Origin: Ptychodera flava | Taxonomy: Eukaryota | Direction of reading: 5' to 3' | DNA length: 64,000 nt | Assembly: GCF_041260155.1 (NCBI RefSeq) | Contig: NW_027248355.1 | Coordinates: 2,580,078-2,644,077, forward strand | In this document: positions 13,276-24,877 of the stretch, one piece after another | Numbering within the stretch: position 1 is the first letter of the stretch | How the letters are laid out: each line of letters begins with the position of its first letter | Made by a program: the position numbers and the translations under genes | Notes under the pieces: generated by a model | What the model was told of the DNA's origin: nothing | What the model saw: the letters and a program-made list of their open reading frames with translations, nothing else | Databases searched by the model: none

Positions 13276-13480
13276 TTATTCCTCCTCAAGAAAGAGAAGA
13301 GTTACAACACACAAATAAACTCATTACATTTGAGATCATTATTTCAGCTGAACATAAGCTAAAATGTTCAAACATCTAAAGCTCGTTTACATCAAAAAGA
13401 TATTGATAAGTTATCCTTTGCGATGTATTTGATTTACCACATCGGACGCTTATCAAGCATCCAAGCACGCACTTATAAAA

Positions 13481-13960
13481 TCAAAGGCAAGTTCTTGGAA
13501 TATTTAGGTTGTTAGGCTGGTTGTTATCTTGTAAAATACAAGAAACAAACCCAATATCGTTAAATAAAGTAACAGCAAAATGTACATTAACCTTATCAAA
13601 TACTGTTGTCCAAAAAGCATCTCTCAATTCAGTAGTGTCGATACAGGAAGTGAGCAAGTGGGTTAAATAATTTTCTATAGCACACTGACATTTCGTACAT
13701 AGAAGGTCTGCTGGTAATGCAAGAGCTGCTACAATTCTATAAATAGTAAACTCGTGATGCGGGCGGTTACGTAATACAGTATATAAATAAAGAGGTTTGA
13801 AATTGTTGTGTAGTTGAGAAAAAAGAGATAATTCTTCTCTTCCTTCAAGCCTTTGTCTCCAAACAGTATACTCTTTTTCATTAATAGCTTCCTTTACAAT
13901 AGTTTTCCATATTGCTTTTGGAGGAAAATACCCTGTTGCACAAAATTCATCAAAAAACAC
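13481..13960 (-). pseudogene. C-terminal fragment of a non-LTR retrotransposon ORF2 with the cysteine-rich tail motif C-x2-C-x10-H-x4-C (..LCTKCQCAIENYLTHLLTSC..)
   Basis: 159-aa ORF with a CCHC-type motif spacing typical of LINE ORF2 C-termini; a microsatellite tail follows at 13150-13275. Confidence 0.45.
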
Positions 13961-14479
13961 AGAAGGTTGTATTTTGACAAAATTCTCGTAATATCAGGAA
14001 TAAATCTTAGAGAGTTTAGTATCGCCCTCATTAACACATGTGTCTAGGCCACCATAGAAACGAGACATGTTCCTCCTCGCTGTCTTCGGCAGATGTTGTA
14101 CCAACTATCGGAGTTAAACAATTTAACTATTTTTATCTGCCAGTCTTCTAGTTGATATTGATGGTAGAAGTGGCATTGTTAATGACGTTAACACTGGCCC
14201 CGGATGATAGTGATAACAATTGCAAATACAATGACTATGAGGCTGCTGCTGCTGCTGATGATGATGATGATCATGATCATGGTGACAACGTTGATGAAAA
14301 CGATGATTTCTGTGATGAAATTGACCGCAGTGCTTGCATTTCTGTTTTGTACATGAGAACAGAATGAGTACTGGTGGCACTCTCTATGTAAATACTTATT
14401 AAAATAAATTTCATGGAGACGGACAAGTAAGATTTTCATCCCATATTTGCATAACGAATATTTGCATAACGAATATAAA

Positions 14480-15170
14480 TTTTCGAAATACAAATGTTGT
14501 CATTACCTCGGGATCGTTTTGGTATTTTTTGTAAGCAAGCCCCCAAAAAATTAAATTTATAAGGTATGTCTCTTTCCTAGACCCTAAAACGTTTCAGTGC
14601 CTCTGCGTACGCACTCATAGTAATCCTGCTGGTATTTGCAAAGTAGTCAGGCTTGGTTGGATCACCAGTTGTAAGGTACAAGTTCTGATATTTCTCCGAA
14701 GACATCAACTCGTACGCCGAACGTAAGACAGCTTTTGTTTGTTCTTTATCCGACAACATGTCCTCTATGGTCACCATTTTATAATCTGCAGATCTGTTCA
14801 TACAAGTAGCTTAAGCTGATATCAGCCTGCTACACGGACAATATCGATAGAAAGCAGTCGGGCCCAATCTCCGCGCAGAGATTGGAGCGAGGCGAGGACA
14901 ATCATAACCTAGCTAGGGAGTTTGAACGATGGCCGTACCCGCCCAGTAAATGACCCGGTGACTCTCTCTGGCTAGGTTAGAATTATCCACGCCAATACAA
15001 TCTGTGTGTAGAGATTGCAGTGGGCCTCTGAAAAATTGCAATTCGAAAGAGCCTCGGATTCTTCTTTCAGGAAGGTGCTCGTTGGAACTGTGGTTATGAG
15101 ACTTCTTTGTTCGCAAACAATGTAAATGGTACGTCAACGTGGCTGCAACATTTAAACTTTGTGATGTACA
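14480..15170. repeat. Copy b (part 1) of the dispersed duplication (paralog of 1-700)
   Basis: See the 1-700 feature. Confidence 0.8.
14508..14801 (-). pseudogene. Paralogous copy of the 49-342 exon carrying a frameshift in an A/T run (stop after ...EALKRFRV); the donor GAG|GTAATG is retained
   Basis: Alignment with copy a shows mostly nonsynonymous differences plus a frame disruption near 14560. Confidence 0.4.
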
Positions 15171-16026
15171 CAATGGCAAATGACAAGCATGTCTTTTAAC
15201 CTTCATTAATCATGAACGTACCTTGGATACAGTGTTTACATTAGTCGTGTGGGTCCCATACTACCTTTGAGCGCAGTTCAGACAATTCCATTCCTTCAAA
15301 TAGAGAGATTGTGATTTCTTTTTAGGTTCGTTTTATTGCTCGACTCTCTGATGTCCATTGTTTGCACTTTTTAGCCAAAGATACATTTAAAATGTATACA
15401 TTTATTGGTCATTTCATTCATTGGTGTGACTATACAGTGCAATTTTTCCCACGTAACTGGTTTTTAGATTTTGTTTTTTTATGCTTGTTTCACTACTTTT
15501 TTTCCCCAAATAAAACAATGATATCAAGCGAAGAATAAGAAGCATAAGCAATACTGTTTGGACATGAAAAAATGTTAAAATCATTAACAAAGATGATTTT
15601 TGATTCTGCAATATGTCAATCAAGGGCTCTTCAGTCCTGGCGTATGTTTGTAAATTCCAGACTTTTACTTTTCCCCCATAGAGCTATTTACAAAGAGATG
15701 GCGGCCATTTTGAATTCCATATATTGGTAAAAGATGGGTTGTGTTTGTTTTTCTGGTACAAATTTGCCTGATGACACCTGATTTTTATTGTTCTTGATTT
15801 CAAAAGGGAGAGGTTTTAAGTTTCCTCACAGAAAGTTTGAACAAAATTTAAAGGCATGTACATCAAACCCCACTTATCGACAACGGCGGTTGAGTAAACC
15901 TTGCAAGCCCCCTCTACCCCCTCCCCCATCTACTACCCCCACAATTTTCGAACCCCTGAATTCCGCCACCCCCTGACTGTGTTTTCTGAACGCAGCTTTA
16001 ATAAGAAATGTCTTTGTTTTTGACAG

Positions 16027-16027
16027 G

Positions 16028-16065
<38 letters not shown>
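16027..16065. repeat. (GATA)n microsatellite; a second block at 17485-17530 flanks the TIR element
   Basis: Visible gatagata runs on both sides of the element. Confidence 0.95.
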
Positions 16066-17484
16066 CAGAGTTCGCGTTTACGCAAAAATCGTGCGTATTT
16101 ACGCATTGAAATTGACTCTCTACGCATTTTTTCATCGTTATGCGTTTTCTATACGCAAAGGATAACACCGAAAGCACTCCCCACGACTGAGCTTAGGCGA
16201 CATCCAGACGAAATTTGTGGCAACACATTTCTGTCAATCACTCATGTTGTGTGGAAAGTTTCGGATTCTCTGGGCGTTGTCTGAAAAATCGGCATCGTAG
16301 TCCACACGTTATCACGTTAGGCATGTTATCATGTCAGCTGTGCCTATGAATTACGTTGCTAATTTTCAGGCGAGCGATAGTTTCTGAAAGTGAGTGATTG
16401 ACAGAAATGTTGCGACAAATTATATAAATGCCGACCGTGCACGATCATCGCGTCTCGCTATTCCCAAATTTTGATCAAGCACACATGCAGCATGGCGTCG
16501 AAGCAGACAAATCTGTTTTCTTTCAACTTTGCTCTACGAGTCCGTGAAAAAAATGATTCATCGGTAGAGCTCGTCGGAATCCCGATAAATTTTGAACACT
16601 GCAGAAGTGTCTGGATGGTAACTGGTCGTTCAGGCACCAAGTTGTTTCGGCCCAAGTCGTTTCGGCCTCTCAATTTCCGGCCAAAGTCACTTCGGCACTG
16701 CAACCCAAGACGTTTCGGCATCTGTTTTTCGATTTTTTTTTTCAAACTATTCAGTAATTGACTGATCCGTCATATTTGTAAGCGTGACCTTTGCGTTCTG
16801 ACCAGTCCTTTATGTGCATTTTGTGTGAATTTTGCCGTGCTGTTTCGTCACCGCTTTCAAACTTTTGCCGTGTAGGCGGCTATTGATATCGATAAACTTG
16901 TGTCACAGATTTGAAAATGATATGAAGTTTTTTCTTACGGTCTCTTCCCATGTTCTCACAAAGATTAAGCATGTACGTGAATGTTAGTTGACACTATACT
17001 TTTTAGTACTTTGATTTGTAACATTACGCTCCAGCACTAGTTCCCACAGGTAGCCTTCAGCGGTGCCGAAACGTCTTGGGTTGCGGTGCCGAAACGTCGG
17101 ACTTGGGGCCTGAAATTCAAAGGCCGAAACGTCTTGGGCCGAAACGACTTGGTGCCGAAACGTCCAGACACCGTCTAGATAAGCTGCCATAACTCTAACT
17201 TTTGGGTTGCCCAATGTGTTTTGACGGTCGCATGTATAACCTTCACTGTTACGTTTCAACATTGTTCAAGTTGTTCGTTAAACTGTTTTCATTAAAATAA
17301 TGTTACATCGTACAATCCGAATATGTAGTGTAGGTTTATTCAACGGCACATTGTATTTTGCAGTCAGTTTTTTCATCAATCGAGTGCGGAAGTGAAATTA
17401 CGCACTCAAATCCAGCCATTACGCAATTTTAGCAGACTAATGCGTATGCCGTACGCGAGGAGAAAAAAGTCACCGCGAACACTG
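16066..17484. mobile_element. Non-autonomous hAT-like TIR DNA transposon (~1.42 kb) inserted in the (GATA)n repeat; terminal inverted repeats CAGAGTTCGCG / CGCGAACACTG
   Basis: 11-bp TIRs (10/11) with CAGNG-type termini. Subterminal TACGCA/TGCGTA repeats occur at both ends. A large internal inverted repeat (16610-16745 vs 17045-17175, ..ggcaccaagttgtttcggcccaagtcgtttcgg.. / ..ccgaaacgacttggtgccgaaacg..) is present, and there is no long ORF. The element is absent from the paralogous copy a (680-1330). Confidence 0.6.
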
Positions 17485-17494
17485 TAGATAGATG

Positions 17495-17540
<46 letters not shown>

Positions 17541-17544
17541 CCGT

Positions 17545-18350
17545 TTCTTAATTACTACCGCTAATAAATATAGTATGAAGTCGGCTAGGTCAATGGACTG
17601 GGACAGCTACCTTGATCACTTGACCACTCTGTGATTGGGGTTTATGAATAGTGACTGGTGGACTAATCGGCGTGGTGACCTCATCAAAGGATTAAATCAG
17701 TCGGTCAACATTTCACGATATACTAATGACGAGACAAAAGACACTTCATCAGCTAATGAATATGCTGGCATCGATATCACTGCTGTGTGGTTTATCAATT
17801 TTCCTGCATAATTTTTTAAACGTGGAATTTTCTACAACTTTCACGACAAATTGCGTTATCCAACCATTTTTAAACCGGATTTGTCAAGGTGAAAAACAGT
17901 TCCAGGTCAGTTTCAGTCAAGTGATGACAATAGTATGCAAGCCCGCCAAGTGATCAAAAATGTTTTAGCGAAAATATGATACTTATAAAGTAATGGATGA
18001 TTAATTTTCAGACTAGTTAAACCAAAGTAGATCATTCAAGAACTTAGTATGTGACTTAATCTGAAACATTTGTGGTGTGAATTACATTCTAGAACGTCAT
18101 TATTTCATATAAGTGTGACTTCCAACTATCTTGTTTTTCAGCGCTGTAGATTTATAAGAATATATACTTCTGAAAATGAGCAATAAAAAAAAACAATAAA
18201 AGCCAAATTTACCGCTGCAAGTTACTAAATACTAAGGCGTGTTCTATGAGGAGTGTTCATTTAGTATTGCTCTTGTTTCTTACAATCAGCTGATTTTATT
18301 CAGTGTCATTTAATTAAAATTTAGCATAAAGTGCGTTTAAGGTAAAGGGC
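17545..18350. repeat. Copy b (part 2) of the dispersed duplication (paralog of 1330-2700)
   Basis: See the 1330-2700 feature. Confidence 0.75.
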
Positions 18351-19505
18351 GACTAATTCGGACGCGCACACGCTTTAGAACGTTTCTGCGTAGATTTAAC
18401 TCAGGCCTGCCGCAAATGGGTTATTTTGTTGCGCATGTATTTAACATCACCTGTCAATGTTGAAATTGCACTTTTACCTAATTTTTTGACCCAGTCTCTT
18501 AGAAATACATGTGACCTTTAACCTTGTCATATTTTGATCCCCTAGGAAGCTGGTTTTTATTCATATGAGCGCAAAATTAACATTTCTCTCCCATTTACAT
18601 GGCGCATATTACCCATTCACCTGGAGATATTGTAAAAAGTAGCTTGGTGACACCCTTTTATTAAAGGTGTAAACTAAATGGTATTATGTTAGGATTTTAT
18701 TCGCCAAGTTTGGTCAAAATGACACCATTCAAAGCGAAAGGAAGTAAGTTCGAAAATTATGTAGTGATATAATTTCGATGTCGTCAGTTTGTAATCGATA
18801 CTTATGTTAAAATTTCTTTACAAACATCATGAAAACTATACATTCGATAGATATGGATCTTAATTCTTGGTATTGATTAAAATTAATTCATTTGCTAAGC
18901 GTATTATGATTGCTTTCTTTAGTTTATGTGAATTATATCATTTTTACTTATTTCAACGACGCCATTTTAACGTCCGTTTCCATGGAAACGAGCGTGGTGA
19001 CTCCCATTTTTTATTTCATTTTTGCACTTGCACAACTTCCAAGAATATTTGACTGTGCAATGTTTCAAGAAAATGACACCACAACCTAATTTTGACGTAA
19101 TTCGTAGTACTTCACCTTAACTCCCATATTTTAAATATCACCGTTTTGAAGGAATACAAGCCAAGAGTCTTAAATCTAGATTAAATAAAAACAAAACAAA
19201 CCATTTACTTTGTTGATAACAGAAGATTTATTCATATGTTTAGAAGATGCAGCATCTTAGTCAACTTCGAACATTCCAATATTTAGCAGTTCAATGATGT
19301 GACGAAATTCTCCAAATTTTGAAAAAAATTGTTGTTGGCATGAGTGAATTTTTGTGCTGAATAGAGATATATCAAAATGAAACATAATAATTGTACTTCC
19401 CGATCAAACATCAACATACTTATTCAATTCAGAAACCTCCCATGTATAAAAGTATCAAGCATGTGCTCTTCATCATCACAGGACACTCAGTAACTCATCA
19501 CAATT

Positions 19506-19540
19506 CTACGGCTTTATGTTCGACATCATCTTGGCGAATT
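19506..19540 (-). CDS. Calmodulin-like protein gene 2, terminal exon (E)FAKMMSNIKP*
   Basis: Acceptor ..tttcttgtttactccccag| at 19541. The sequence is conserved with the gene 1 terminal exon, with stop TAG at 19506-19508. Confidence 0.55.
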
Positions 19541-20243
19541 CTGGGGAGTAAACAAGAAATATTAATTTTGCAGTGTTTCAACGCGTGAAGAAAAGATGCA
19601 ATTGGTGTGGCAGAAAATTATGTAGCCTTCCCAGGCTGGTGAAATTTGATTGGAATGAACCAGGACATGTTCAATGTGGATGTGGAACAAATATATGTAC
19701 GCAGTGAACATTCAAAGATGTTTACATCAGACTACTCTCTGAAAAGGGTGTTGTTGGGAGAAATTTGTACGAAGAAAAAAGGCTCTCCAAAGAGGGGAAT
19801 TAATTGACTGTGGTGCTTCCTATATCTGACTTGACATCATATACCAATTATCCTCTGTATATGAATGTGTACTACTAACATAGGTAATAAAGCCACTACA
19901 AGAAAATTACCGTTTTTTTGAAAGGGACAGATTTCTCTGAATGTTTGGCTTGTAATTTTTAACAAAAGTCAACGTAACTGCTACTCAAGAGTTTTCAAAC
20001 AACACATCCTGTAAACTGTCCACTTCGGTAAACAGTGTACATGCATTCAGATTGAGTGCCCTTGATTATAAATGTTCGTCTTTAAGTTGCATTTTTCTGA
20101 ACTAAATTATGTCTGTTGAATGGTTACCATCCGATATAAACTAAAAACAAACGTAAATGTAATTTTATATTTAATTAATCCCTGGGAAAAGTACCGTCAA
20201 ATTAAACACATAATTTAATTGTTAACAGAGAAAAGTACCATAC

Positions 20244-20483
20244 CGTCGAATTTAACTTGTCCGTCTTTATCGATATCATACTTTTTGATCATTTCTTCGA
20301 CTTCTTCGTCCGTCATCTTCAGATCGAAACCAGCCAACACTTCACGCAACTCGGAGGCGGTGATGAAACCGTTTCCGTCTTTGTCGAATACATTGAAAGC
20401 TGCGAGGTACCCTTCGGTTTTACTGCCACTAAAGAATAGCGCTGCTCTGGTGAGATATTCCGGGAATTCGATGGTCCCACTGC
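20244..20483 (-). CDS. Calmodulin-like protein gene 2, exon with EF-hands 3-4 ([79 protein letters not shown])
   Basis: Acceptor ..ggcatag| at 20484 and donor GACG|GTATGG at 20243. 240 nt, as in gene 1. Confidence 0.65.
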
Positions 20484-21363
20484 CTATGCCAATAAAACAA
20501 AAGAATAATTTTTTCCAACTCCCTAAAACCATGTTGATATGCCAGATTTCCGATTTGACAAGATACTTTAGTTGTCGACATTCATTGTAGTCTCAGACTG
20601 TTCGACGAACGGACGTGATATTTAGACGTGATAAGAAGCTGTTTTTCACAGCGGAACAGAAAATGAAAATGTATCTATATGCAGCCTACATCTTTATAAG
20701 GCAACATTTCCAATCGGAGATGACATGAAAACCCCCTCATACTAATTTTTAAAATCCAAAGAATCTTAAGTTTAGTACTGTGGCAATAGTTTACTAGAAA
20801 ATTAAAAGGGGTACACACACGGGATAGAAAACCCCAATTTTAGTATCAATGATCAAAATTAAGTCAAACTTAATATTCCTACTCTCCAAAATTTAAAGTA
20901 AATAGAAATTATATGTAGAAATTTGCATTTACCTGTTCTCATACTAAATGACAGGGGTTGTAAAAATGTATTGTGAGAATTTCACAAAATTTGATCGAGC
21001 CAGCGTGAAAGTCAATTTTATTGAAATATTGAAAGAGGAAGAAATAAGAAGCCATCGGGTGATACGTATGCCTTTGCGTAAGTTTACACTTCTTTCTCAG
21101 CCAACTTTCGACTGCTTGTGATGATGATATATGAACTAAACCTGTATTTTAATCTTTGATTAAGAAATAATTAAAACTGAACGAATGTTTGCAAAAAAGC
21201 GATTTTGCGCAAACACGATGTGTTGCATTCGACGCCACCTTGAAGTTGCAGTTAATGACAAATACCAATTACAGTCTCTCTACTCTATAACAAAGTGTAT
21301 GTATGAAAGACGAGGGAGAACCTTTCCAAAGTAATCCGACAACGTTCGTTATCAAAAACTCAC

Positions 21364-21507
21364 CATCGGCATCCTGGTTGGCAATCATTGCCTTAATTTC
21401 GTCTTCTGTCAAACTTGGTCTCCATTCCTTCATAATAGTTTCCATTTCCGTAAACGTGATTTTTCCGTTCCCATCCTTGTCGTATGAATCGAACGTTGAC
21501 TTGATAT
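21364..21507 (-). CDS. Calmodulin-like protein gene 2, exon with EF-hands 1-2 (..IKSTFDSYDKDGNGKITFTEMETIMKEWRPSLTEDEIKAMIANQDADG)
   Basis: Acceptor ttttatttcag| at 21508 and donor GATG|GTGAGT at 21363. Same length (144 nt) and phase as the gene 1 exon. Confidence 0.65.
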
Positions 21508-21544
21508 CTGAAATAAAACATGTTTGACAAATCAATAACGTAGC

Positions 21545-21682
<138 letters not shown>

Positions 21683-22845
21683 CACATCTTTCAAGTAGAG
21701 CTACGCCTTTTCAGTTACAATGAACATTACTGCAAACTTCTTTACATTTTATGTTTTACATCGTTTCCAGATAACCGGATGAAGATACATTTATTTGATT
21801 CAAATCTCAGTGGTCAAATATTCTTACCTAACTGGTCTTAATAAACTTTGTTTCAAAATTTCACAATGGCTGTTTATTTGTTTATGGGCCATGAGTGGAA
21901 TTCTCAGCTCAGATATATATTGGATTCCGTGCCCAGTGTGAGGGCATCAGGGGTTTTCCTGTCTCGTTTAGCATTCAGAGAAGACTAAGCGAACTATCAA
22001 AGAACGTTGTTACAGTAGTAGCTAGAGATCGATTATATTTTAGAAAGAGTGACAAAAAGGTGGAAAACGATTCGCAGCTAATTTCTTTGCTTAACAAGTT
22101 GCAGTCTGATACTCTTGCAAAGTAAATCCATCTGGGAGTTAGGAATGTCTGAGTGTGAAGTATGGATAATCATAAATGACACGATATTGACGTCAGTGGT
22201 GTGTACTTACATTTAAGGTATGGTTTAGGCAGTTTATCAGCCTACAAAATAATAAAACGAGAATATTATCAATAGTCAGTAGATCTTTGGCAGGCGATAA
22301 AGGGCTGGGTTTTATAATTAGATTTATCTCTATACAAATGGATTAACTTCACACAACTTTCAATGTAGAACCACAGACAAACATCACGTTAATAACCATT
22401 GCTATTAACGTAAAAATTGCCGAAAACGTGCAATATTGCCATTCTTTCAATAACATTAACAATTTAGCTGACGACCTATTGAAAAGGGTGTGGCATTCTG
22501 AAAAGAAAGAAGGTAGACCCCGCCCCACTCCTAGCCGTTCCTAAACCAATCCAAAAATTGTCAAGGGTCGCAAAGCAAAAAAGCTGTTTTTTGCATGTTC
22601 AATATCCCTTGCAACTAAAGATCGACTTCAGATCTTTTTGTAAAGTATGGAGTTTCAAGAAGCTCCGTCTTATTTCCTTTATGAAGGAAACCGTAAACCG
22701 ACAAAAGTTGATGTCACGCCAACCAGCTTTAAGTAGCAAAACAGACAAACATGGAAATCATAAACCAGGGCCTGTACCGGTCATCCTCACCACAAAATCA
22801 TTGAAGAAGCCCTGCAATAAGAAAATAAGAAACTCTCTAATATAT

Positions 22846-23461
22846 TGTAACGAAATCCTCTGAATTACCAGAAATACCATGAAAGTCAACACCTGATAAA
22901 ATACGTGAGGACAATTCTCTCAGAAATCTGTAGTGTGGTAACGTGAACGGGCTTCTGAATGACGTCCGGCACTGAGATGTTCGACTTGTGCGTGGACAGA
23001 ACACGCACGTATAAAACTGGGTCTAGAGAGGCGACTGAACGCACGCCTTGACTCAGGCGAAACCAACAACAAAGAGAACCTGAGAAAACTAACTTGGTAT
23101 ACCTGTAAATCTGGCACCTTAGCCTCACGGAGGCTTACTAAGAGTAGCAAGAAGTATGATTTAACGCAAAATAGAAGGAAATAGAGGTAGCCAAGAGGTT
23201 AGATCAGGACAGCACAGACATGCACTGCTCACTGCAGGACGGCTACCTCCAGAGTGTCCCAGCCGGGGGATGGGTTGCCTATGGTTACCATGGACATGTG
23301 ACTAAAACCCCGCCCCTAATTTGGTGACTGACATACACGGGAACGCCCCATCTGAAAATCAGGGATATTGCCTATTTTCTCAACCACCTGCAAATTCAAA
23401 GTAGGGACCCATCCGCACCAACGGGCTCCAAGGGCGATTTTGTGTCCAGTATTTCATGACA
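22846..23461 (-). repeat. 3' LTR of the gypsy element
   Basis: Same as above; it starts TGTAACG and ends ...TTTCATGACA. Confidence 0.9.
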
Positions 23462-24877
23462 ACTCCCCCCGCCTAGACCTGTGCATGTCCTCATGCACAA
23501 TGGTTGTTAAAGAAGATCTTGTCATTTTCCCTTACTGATCCAACCGCAAGGCTATCAAGAGTATTTAACCCTCCTGTCGTGTCAAAAATTAAATCTGAAG
23601 AATATGTCTTGTCAATAACGTTACAGAACATAACTGTGGATACCACATACTTCTGTAGGTAGAGAGCTCGTAGTCCAGTCAGTCGACATTGTCATTCAAT
23701 AAAAAACAGCCATATCACAATGGAAATGCAAACACAAGGAGTACCCCCTTGAACTGAAATAAGAGTTATCATTGGTCTTTGCATGTCTTTTAATCAATGA
23801 TTACTTGCTACCCTAAGCATTCAAGGAGAAAGTAAATTAAGCATTTGCTGCATGGGCGTTATCCGGCAACACTTTTGACTTGCGTCTGGGTCCGCTTGAC
23901 ATAGCCTTTCCCTATGCCGTATACAACCCGACAACAATCACTAAAACCTTAGCCCACTGCAAACCCACAGCTCAAAACAATTAATTTTCTAATGTAATCT
24001 GTCCCCATTATTTTTTTTTCTTTTTTAAATTTTTTTTCATTTTTTTTATGTTTGTTTTCGTTAATTTTCATTAAGGGTATAATTCACTGTCAATCAATAT
24101 TTGTCGATTGTCGGGAAGAAAAATGATAAACGATGATCTCTCATCAACTAGTCACGGTGATCCCATACCACTACTTTTGGAATCACGTGACTGTGTGAAA
24201 CTGTGAACTATACTGAATATACATGTGTGGCTATATAACTTGCACACCACCAATGGAGCTCTCGTTTGTCAACCCTCTCCATGCTTGTTTTACGGCCCTT
24301 GACAGTCTACTAAAACCATAGTGATCCACTGCTTTTCTGTTTCTTCTTGGGTACCTATTGCTACTGTTTAGCTCCTCAGACTTGTAATCATTAAGGTTAT
24401 GAGGATTTTCCATGGGCATTTCATTATCACATTTTTGACCAACTTCCTTATCACCTTGCAGATTATTAAAACTTTTTCCTTTATCTATATCATTTGTACT
24501 CTTATTTTCATTATGGTCATTTTTCAGGTCGTTCCCTTCTAATTTACCAGTATCAGTCGGAATATCTGACCCAAGGTTGCCGTCAATTGACTGATCATTT
24601 ACGTAATCCAAGACATCATCAAATTTATCCTCAATCAAAGGTTTGAAAACCTGACTTTCACTATCTTCTCCTGCTTTAGCATGAGCAGCATTTTTAGGTT
24701 TGCCAACCTGTATACGCTCGTCCACGGGTATAGATTTCACTCTGTCCAACCAAGGATCCAGAGCTTTCCCCTAATACCGTTTCAATTTTTCTTGATGTAC
24801 TATCTTAGCTTTCCTTCTTGGGCTGAGTTGTATCCGTACACAAGGTCAGACACTTTACCGATGACCAGATACGGCCC

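Noticed and set aside
14123-14380. His/Gln-rich and Asp-rich ORFs on opposite strands
   Set aside because: Low-complexity trinucleotide repeat (CTG)n(GAT)n with no flanking gene structure.
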